Part shown: positions 57,858-64,000 of the stretch, piece after piece
How positions within the stretch are numbered: the first letter of the stretch is position 1
How the letters are laid out: the number at the start of each line of letters is the position of its first letter
Program-made: the position numbers and the translations under genes
From: a virus
Lineage: Duplodnaviria; Caudoviricetes
Length of the DNA: 64,000 nt
Virus record (IMG/VR): IMGVR_UViG_3300013121_000017
Span: 32,001 to 96,000 of that record
Strand: one strand, 5' to 3'
Notes under the pieces: generated by a model
The model's input: only the letters and a program-made list of their open reading frames with translations
Told to the model about the DNA's origin: nothing
The model's database searches: none

Positions 57858-57919
57858 GTTCTCATTTACGGGCGTGGACCACGCTACAATTCAGATGGTC
57901 CCATTCCCGTAGGAGGTTC

Positions 57920-58708
57920 ATGAAGGGCATTATTCTCGCAGGTGGTCTTGGCACACGTCTCTACCCACTTACAAAAGTCACCAACAAGTGTCTGCTTCCG
58001 GTCTACGACCGACCCATGATTCACTGGCCTATCCAGACCCTGGTCAACAGCGGCATCACGGACATTCTGCTCGTTTGCGGCGGCAATGCAGCCGGTGAGT
58101 TTCTTCGCATTCTCGGCAACGGCGAAGAGTTCGGTCTGAAACATCTCCACTACACCTACCAAAAAGAGGCGTCTGGCATCGCCCACGCCCTCGGTCTGGC
58201 CGAAGAGTTTGCGGCTGGTGGGCCGATCTGCGTCGTTCTAGCCGACAACGTCCTTGAAGACAATCTGTCGAAAGACGTGGAAGAGTTTCGTCAAAACCCC
58301 GAAGGAGCCAGGATCTTCCTGACCCGTGTCGCTCACCCGGAGTGGTATGGCGTCGTTGACATGGCCGATGACGGCAACGTCTTGGAGATTGTCGAGAAGC
58401 CGAAGCAACCGAAAACGAACTTGATCGCGGTGGGCGTTTACATGTACGATAGCTCGGTATGGCCGCACATTGCCGGCCTGAAGCCCAGCAAGCGAAACGA
58501 ACTGGAGATCACCGACCTCAACAACGAATACCTGAAGCGTGGCAAGCTGAAGGCCAGTGTGTTGAAGGGCCAGTGGATGGATTGTGGCGAAAGCCTTGAA
58601 GGCTACCATCAGGCCCAGGTCGCCGTCGCCGAGATGGAGAAACGACGCCGTGCTAACACAAGCTGCTGCTCTGGATCTCATCAATGCAAAGGTCCAGGCG
58701 TGTACTAA
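57920..58708 (+). CDS. rmlA: glucose-1-phosphate thymidylyltransferase
   Basis: MKGIILAGGLGTRLYPLT, NKCLLPVYDRPMI, GIAHA, PSKRNELEITD. Confidence 0.9.
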   Translation: MKGIILAGGLGTRLYPLTKVTNKCLLPVYDRPMIHWPIQTLVNSGITDILLVCGGNAAGEFLRILGNGEEFGLKHLHYTYQKEASGIAHALGLAEEFAAGGPICVVLADNVLEDNLSKDVEEFRQNPEGARIFLTRVAHPEWYGVVDMADDGNVLEIVEKPKQPKTNLIAVGVYMYDSSVWPHIAGLKPSKRNELEITDLNNEYLKRGKLKASVLKGQWMDCGESLEGYHQAQVAVAEMEKRRRANTSCCSGSHQCKGPGVY

Positions 58709-59249
58709 ATGCCCCGACCTGTGCGAGGGGCGGAAGAACACTGTCTTCGGTGAAGGCAACCCCAACGCCGATGTTGTGTTTATCGGCGAAGGACCGGGCA
58801 AAGACGAGGATGATACTGGCCGACCGTTCGTGGGAGCAGCCGGCCAGTTCCTCGACAAGATCATCAAGGCGTGCGGCTGGAAGCGTGAAGATGTCTATAT
58901 CATGAACATCGTCCGCTGCCGGCCTCCCATGAACCGCGTACCTACAGACGAAGAAGCCGCCAACTGTTCTCAGTTCCTCAAGCTCCAACTCAAAGTCGTT
59001 CAGCCGAAGATCATCGTCTGTCTCGGCGCGACCGCCTGCAAACACATCCTGGGTTTCGATGCCCGCATGGGCAGCTACCGTGGTGAATGGTACGAGTACA
59101 AGGATGGCCCGGTCGATGCGAAGGTGCGATGCACCTACCACCCAAGTTACGTCCTACACATCCCGCCAGAAGACAAAGATAAGAAGAAGGAAGCAAAAGA
59201 CGCGATCTGGGCAGACATGCTACACGTCATAGAGGCGATGAAAGCCTAA
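58650..59249 (+). CDS. family 4 uracil-DNA glycosylase (Fe-S)
   Basis: CTKC, VFGEG, IGEGPG, GRPFVGAAG, CRPP-NR-P, TYHPS. Confidence 0.9.
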   Translation: MLTQAAALDLINAKVQACTKCPDLCEGRKNTVFGEGNPNADVVFIGEGPGKDEDDTGRPFVGAAGQFLDKIIKACGWKREDVYIMNIVRCRPPMNRVPTDEEAANCSQFLKLQLKVVQPKIIVCLGATACKHILGFDARMGSYRGEWYEYKDGPVDAKVRCTYHPSYVLHIPPEDKDKKKEAKDAIWADMLHVIEAMKA

Positions 59250-59252
59250 GCC

Positions 59253-59774
59253 TTACAGCAACCCCTTCGGGTTGAATCGCTTGTTGCCGAAGAAATGACC
59301 ATCCCACTGCCAGTAGCCAACGATGTACTGATTCGGCACGCCAAAGGTTTTGATAACGCCGCTACCGAACAGGTCAATTAAGTGATCGTCCAGATCCCTT
59401 GTGCCTCGACCCTTGAAGGACGATGTCGGGATCGCCATGATCAACACGGCATTCGATCCTTTGTGAATCACGCCGCCCGTCGATCTATAGCCGACCTCAT
59501 CACCGCTGTGCAGAGCGAACATCTTCTCGACGGTAGCGGCAATACCGTCGCTCTTGACAAAGAGTGCTGTGCCGTCCACCCCCTGGTGGCCGAAGTCTTC
59601 GCCCTTGGTAATTTTCAGAGCTTGGTCGTCCGAAGTCTGGTGAGCAAGCAAGCGGTAGCCAGCTTGCTCAATCTTGGCAAGATACTGCTGCACCGTAGAC
59701 ATCAGCGATTTGTCGAGGGCGGTGTCCTCTGTGGTCAATAGCCATGTCTTGAAACTCGCCTCTGTTTTAGCCAT
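59253..59774 (-). CDS. hypothetical protein with capsid-targeting-like leader
   Basis: MAKTEASFKTWLLTTE. Confidence 0.6.
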   Translation of the reverse strand: MAKTEASFKTWLLTTEDTALDKSLMSTVQQYLAKIEQAGYRLLAHQTSDDQALKITKGEDFGHQGVDGTALFVKSDGIAATVEKMFALHSGDEVGYRSTGGVIHKGSNAVLIMAIPTSSFKGRGTRDLDDHLIDLFGSGVIKTFGVPNQYIVGYWQWDGHFFGNKRFNPKGLL

Positions 59775-60234
59775 CAGCATCTTTGTCTCCGAAGTGATTG
59801 ACGATAGCACGGGCGACCGCAGGCCAGATACGCTTCAACCCAGGATGCAGATCAGTCATACGCATTCTGGATAACGGCAACCACTGGTAGTCGCTGCTCT
59901 CGTCGCTGATATTGACGTTGTACGGCTTATCAATCCGCATCAAGTATGTCTTGAAGTGGTGATGATGATCCTGATCGGAAAACTCTGCAATCCGAGTCAT
60001 GTCGGGCAGTTCGCCGCTTTCTTCCCTGGCCTCCCGGCGTGCGCCCGTGATTTCAGCCTCACCATCCTTGAGTTTCCCACCTGGGATGCCCCAGGTGTTG
60101 GGTTCGTCACAAGGCGGCTTCCGTTTCAGCAAGAGGACCACGTCGCCGTCCGTGATGAACAGACCGGCCCCCTTCTTGCCGTACCGCCGCTTACCGCCGG
60201 CTCCGATCCGGTAGAATCCATTCGTCTTTTTCAT
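59767..60234 (-). CDS. NUDIX hydrolase
   Basis: WGIPGGKLKDGEAEITGARREAREESG Nudix box. Confidence 0.88.
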   Translation of the reverse strand: MKKTNGFYRIGAGGKRRYGKKGAGLFITDGDVVLLLKRKPPCDEPNTWGIPGGKLKDGEAEITGARREAREESGELPDMTRIAEFSDQDHHHHFKTYLMRIDKPYNVNISDESSDYQWLPLSRMRMTDLHPGLKRIWPAVARAIVNHFGDKDADG

Positions 60235-60806
60235 TTCGGGCCTCGCTTCAGCGGGACCGGCTTCAACTTCTCACGATGAGCATCCGGTACACTCTTCAGG
60301 TGGTGCATCATGTTGCGAAGTTCGTTGGCGATCTCTGAAGCGGCAGTTCCCTTGATGTTCTCGGACTTCTGAACAGAAACCGTCTTGCGGTCACGGTTGT
60401 AGAAGCCACGGGACATGACGAAAGAGTGGTGCTGCGGGTTGAAGCTCACGATGCCAACCCACTCGCCGTCGTCCCAGTTACGACTGGATACGAGGATGCG
60501 GAGCGGCGTCTCATCGAAAACGAGCTTGACGTGATACCCACTGTTCTTGAGTGCGGCACTGACGTAACCCAGGCAGATTTTGGCGAAAGCTTCCTCGGCG
60601 TCCTTCATTGAGGTACGGTAGTTGACTTCAACGCTGTAGCGAGTGGCCTCAGCCCCTTCGATCAGAAGCTGGTCGGCGTTCTCGCTGAAGATCAGTCTGC
60701 AAAACGCAGCGGCAGCCTTGCCCAGTTCTGGAACTGAGACTTCAACAAAGTGCTTGCCGACGATGTCTTCGATCTTGCCGGCTCTATGTTCTTTCCAAGA
60801 CTTCAT
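60231..60806 (-). CDS. hypothetical protein downstream of the neck gene
   Basis: MKSWKEH start; coupled to neighbouring genes. Confidence 0.6.
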   Translation of the reverse strand: MKSWKEHRAGKIEDIVGKHFVEVSVPELGKAAAAFCRLIFSENADQLLIEGAEATRYSVEVNYRTSMKDAEEAFAKICLGYVSAALKNSGYHVKLVFDETPLRILVSSRNWDDGEWVGIVSFNPQHHSFVMSRGFYNRDRKTVSVQKSENIKGTAASEIANELRNMMHHLKSVPDAHREKLKPVPLKRGPK

Positions 60807-60808
60807 TG

Positions 60809-61711
60809 TCACCCCATGATGATCGGGAGTTGACCGTCGCCGAAGCGGTCAATGAGACGTTGTTCCCACTTCTCCTTCTGGTCGTGTCCTTCCTGAAGGA
60901 GTGTGTCGCCGTCAAGTTGCACGCCGCCGTTCGGGCCGGGAGGGTTCTTGATCTTGCTGCGAATCCGTCCCAGCATGATCTTGGCGAAGCACAACGCCCC
61001 TTCCTTCATGGCGTGAGATACACGTCCCCAGTCCTTGTGCTTCTGAATGTAGTGGACCGCGACCTTGTGAACCCGGTAAGGCGACGGGTAAATCTTGATG
61101 TGTTGGTAGTCACTGAGCCATTCCCAACCACCAAGGTTGGATGCGATGCGTGAGTACATTTGCTCATACTGCTTGTACAACACCCATTCACCCATGCGAC
61201 CCCAGATTGGCTGAATCGGGTCGATCATACCACCCTGGATTGAGGCATACGCACCACCTGGGTAGAAGTATTCGACCGGGATCGCACCACCCAGGTCTGA
61301 GGCAGCAAAGGCAAACGTGCCAGTTTCCTTGTATCGCACCTCTCTGATATAGCCAATCTCTGGCGGCAGTTTGTAAACACTCTGCCCTGGTGTTGTGTTA
61401 AATACGAACCACTCGAAGTATTCTCGGGGTGCGTACTCCTCGAACACAGCGAGTGCCTCGTCCACGGCAATGTCAAGTTGTTGGTCGTCCAGTTCGATGA
61501 GGACGGTTGGCGCACCGAGCATAGCTAGGACGTAGTCCTTGATCTGCCCGATGACCTTGGAACGGTTACGTCGCGGCCCCAACTGCCTGATGTCGAGCGG
61601 GTCGGCAACGCCGGGGCCACCGCCGCCACAGGACGTAGGAGAGCAAATCCCGCCCTGTGTATAAGAGGGGCGAGGAAGGACGATCTGGTTGTTGCTGCAA
61701 TTTGATCCCAT
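60809..61711 (-). CDS. T4 gp13-like neck / head-tail adaptor protein
   Basis: KDYVLAMLGAPTVLIELDDQQLDIAVDEAL; GRIRSK...PGPNGGVQLDGDTLLQEG; true start MGSNCS at 61711. Confidence 0.85.
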   Translation of the reverse strand: MGSNCSNNQIVLPRPSYTQGGICSPTSCGGGGPGVADPLDIRQLGPRRNRSKVIGQIKDYVLAMLGAPTVLIELDDQQLDIAVDEALAVFEEYAPREYFEWFVFNTTPGQSVYKLPPEIGYIREVRYKETGTFAFAASDLGGAIPVEYFYPGGAYASIQGGMIDPIQPIWGRMGEWVLYKQYEQMYSRIASNLGGWEWLSDYQHIKIYPSPYRVHKVAVHYIQKHKDWGRVSHAMKEGALCFAKIMLGRIRSKIKNPPGPNGGVQLDGDTLLQEGHDQKEKWEQRLIDRFGDGQLPIIMG

Positions 61712-61718
61712 ATCGAGG

Positions 61719-61724
61719 TATATA
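61719..61724. promoter_or_regulatory. palindromic TATATA shared by two divergent genes
   Basis: 7 nt from the neck ATG and 8 nt from the ATG at 61733; only 21 bp intergenic, no SD. Confidence 0.6.
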
Positions 61725-61732
61725 GCTTGGCC

Positions 61733-64000
61733 ATGAACAAGAGCTTCGCCGGATTCTTCAACGAGCGGTATTACATGCAAGACCACGCCTACAGGCGATT
61801 CAGCCTGTTGCGTGAGTGGAAGCCATTCCACATCTACAAGCGACCGATCACGTTCGACAAGGACGACATCAAGTTTCTGCACCAGTTCCCACGCAAGTTC
61901 TGGCTCCAGGCGATGGTAAAGCGTTACCGGCACGATCTCTACGAAGCCTTGAAGGACCGACACGACCGCCGCCAGCCGCTCTACGACCAGAAGCACAAGG
62001 AAATCCTCCCAGGCTTGATCGAACAGTTCCGTGGAAGGAAAAACGGTGAAAAACTGGCCCGCCGCAAGGCAGTGCTGGACGCGGAAGAGTACGCAGCCAC
62101 TCACGGCGACGGACAAATCCAATACCCCGAGACAAAGGTCTACACCTTCAAGGGGGCCGGCAAAGGCAAGCCCGTCAGCATTCGTGCCAAGCCGTACATG
62201 AAGGAGTTGGTCTACAAGCTGGAGGGGGATTTCGGCGACCCCAGCGGATTCGATCTTTCGCATCCGCGCGGGACGGGCGATCACATGTCCACCCGTGGAT
62301 TCAACTTCCCGACCCAAGACGCACTTCGCGAAATGCTGAGTGACTGGATGAACTACATCGGTCACCACATGCTCGGAGAACTCCCTGGCGAGGATGAACA
62401 AACTCGCTGGCGGGCCGATTCTACCGGCGGCTCGGGCAAGTCGAAGTTCGAGGACACATTCACCGTCAACCGTCTGAAAGAAGACCGTTACAACTACTGG
62501 TACGACCGGATTCCAACGGAAGAAAACGTCCTGAGACTGTGGCAGCAAGTGTTGCCCAACAAGAAACCCGGAGCGAACAGCGACGAAATCAGGAAGAACA
62601 ACAGCAAGCGGGAACAACTTGCCAGAGCATTGGCTGACCGCGATGTGAAGCAGATGGCTGCGGACGGCAAAATCCGCACGCCACCGACGCCTCACCACCC
62701 CGAAGGCCGCGTTGTCGGACTGGACGACGACGGAGAGATCAAGAGGCCCACCCTCTACCTTCCTCACAAAAAGGTGAAGATCAAGTACGTCGGCGAAGAC
62801 GGTGATGAAGAGGAATCGGAAGAAGAGGTTCCCCACTTGCTGCCGGGCGATTTCCTTCGCAAGCTTTCGCCATCTGAAGCAGAAAGTCTTCCAGACGAAG
62901 CAAAGCGTGGTCGTCACTGGAACCACGACTCTCAACGTTTTGAGGGCGGATACATTCCAGTTGCGGACCACCCCGCTCCCGGTGCGCAAGGTACTGGCCA
63001 CATCCTGGCTGGTGCGATTGCTCCAAACCACAACACAACGGGTCGGAGATTCTTGGACCCGAGCGACGACAAATACGACGCACGACTGGAACAACTGAAT
63101 CAGCAGATCGGCATGCGTTCGGATGGACAGTCGTCAGAAATCTACGACGCCATACAGGCGGCTCTCGAATCCAGCAACGTCGGCGGCATGGGAAACCATG
63201 AACGTCAGGTGTTGTCGTTGATGCGACGTGACCTTCACAACCTCGCCTACATGCTCTTGATAGAGAATCTGGATGAGGACGACAGACGCATCTTCAGCCC
63301 GGAGTGGCGTCGGAGAAAGATCCGCGACATGGTCGCCAAGTACGGCCAACAGGACTGGGGTCAGGGAACACGTCGTCTTCGCGGCTCGAAGAAAACCGTC
63401 AGCACCGATGAAGATTCGACCAACGAAGAAGGCGAGCCAACCTCGCTCGGCGAGAAACTCGGCGACCAGTTGATCCGTGCCAAGGCTGAAGCTCTCAAAC
63501 TACGCGACAGCGGCATGTGCAAGATCGCGCCCGGCGGAAAAAAGTTGAGGACCGGCGAATGTCAATTCGAGTACGACCTGCGTCAACTGCACGACATCCT
63601 TGATGACGCGGACAAAGACGCAGCCGAGGCCGATGCGAACATTGAGCGTGGTGAAGACGCTATTGACGGCGACACGATGGGCGACGGCGTTCAGAGCAAG
63701 CTGGATGCGACCTACCGTGCATTCATGGTTTTGAAGTCCCAGTACCAGAACATGGGCGAGCATGAGCCACAGGCCGAGAAATTGGCTATGCAGGCACTGC
63801 AAGAAATTACCCATGATGACCCGGACGCCAAGAAGATCATCTCCAGGGTTCGCTACCGTGTTGACAGGCTCGCCAAGGAAGCAGGCGTAGACACAGAGAA
63901 AGCCAAGATCCAGCCGGTTGACAAAGGTGCGGCAGTTGTTCAAGACGAAGCGGCGGTAAGGCAAGCTGCGGCCAACCTTACCAATGTTGAACAGGTTTTG
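61733..64000 (+). CDS. large protein (>756 aa, runs off the window; missing from the ORF track), probable internal virion protein
   Basis: Manually translated with no stop codon; starts MNKSFAGFFNE. Confidence 0.8.
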   Translation, partial: MNKSFAGFFNERYYMQDHAYRRFSLLREWKPFHIYKRPITFDKDDIKFLHQFPRKFWLQAMVKRYRHDLYEALKDRHDRRQPLYDQKHKEILPGLIEQFRGRKNGEKLARRKAVLDAEEYAATHGDGQIQYPETKVYTFKGAGKGKPVSIRAKPYMKELVYKLEGDFGDPSGFDLSHPRGTGDHMSTRGFNFPTQDALREMLSDWMNYIGHHMLGELPGEDEQTRWRADSTGGSGKSKFEDTFTVNRLKEDRYNYWYDRIPTEENVLRLWQQVLPNKKPGANSDEIRKNNSKREQLARALADRDVKQMAADGKIRTPPTPHHPEGRVVGLDDDGEIKRPTLYLPHKKVKIKYVGEDGDEEESEEEVPHLLPGDFLRKLSPSEAESLPDEAKRGRHWNHDSQRFEGGYIPVADHPAPGAQGTGHILAGAIAPNHNTTGRRFLDPSDDKYDARLEQLNQQIGMRSDGQSSEIYDAIQAALESSNVGGMGNHERQVLSLMRRDLHNLAYMLLIENLDEDDRRIFSPEWRRRKIRDMVAKYGQQDWGQGTRRLRGSKKTVSTDEDSTNEEGEPTSLGEKLGDQLIRAKAEALKLRDSGMCKIAPGGKKLRTGECQFEYDLRQLHDILDDADKDAAEADANIERGEDAIDGDTMGDGVQSKLDATYRAFMVLKSQYQNMGEHEPQAEKLAMQALQEITHDDPDAKKIISRVRYRVDRLAKEAGVDTEKAKIQPVDKGAAVVQDEAAVRQAAANLTNVEQVL

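Noticed and set aside
60809-63094. 761-aa minus-strand ORF as listed in the track
   Set aside because: Only the part from 61711 down is the neck protein; the rest is the antisense shadow of the plus-strand gene starting at 61733
1-64000. Stop-codon reassignment
   Set aside because: Recognisable enzymes are full length in code 11, and TAA, TAG and TGA all terminate genes

Overview
The window is best read as part of a large, strictly lytic-type T4-superfamily-like (jumbo) myophage genome. Support: a gp13-like neck protein, a tail-tube-like paralog, fibre genes, homing endonucleases, a phiEco32-type amidoligase, RNA ligase, a Thg1-like protein and family-4 UDG, with dense, strand-switching short genes. 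It uses the standard genetic code; I saw no rRNA, tRNA or CRISPR array. Family calls come from motifs read by eye; no database search was run. Main observations: (1) About 15-18 otherwise unrelated ORFs start with a shared leader, M-x(1-7)-F-x-x-W-(L/A/I)...E, resembling the T4 capsid-targeting sequence. Many sit 3-8 nt downstream of a TA(A/C/G/T)ATA late-promoter-like hexamer with no Shine-Dalgarno (SD) site. This suggests a signal-defined set of capsid-packaged, injected cargo proteins, including a C39 peptidase, an ART-like protein, a SWIM finger, a histone-like protein and a three-member micro-protein family. (2) A large glycan build-and-methylate toolkit (RmlA/RmlD/Gmd/HldD-like enzymes, about 7 glycosyltransferases including two TPR-GT9-like proteins, and 5 methyltransferase domains) is interleaved with Ser/Thr-rich and Gln-collagen fibre genes. 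This suggests phage-encoded virion glycosylation. (3) Host-type genes include lysine 6-transaminase, glutamate dehydrogenase, an McsA-like protein, a sensorless hybrid histidine kinase, a Rieske protein and three proteases. (4) There are several structured intergenic RNA candidates and divergent copies of capsid and tail-tube motifs.
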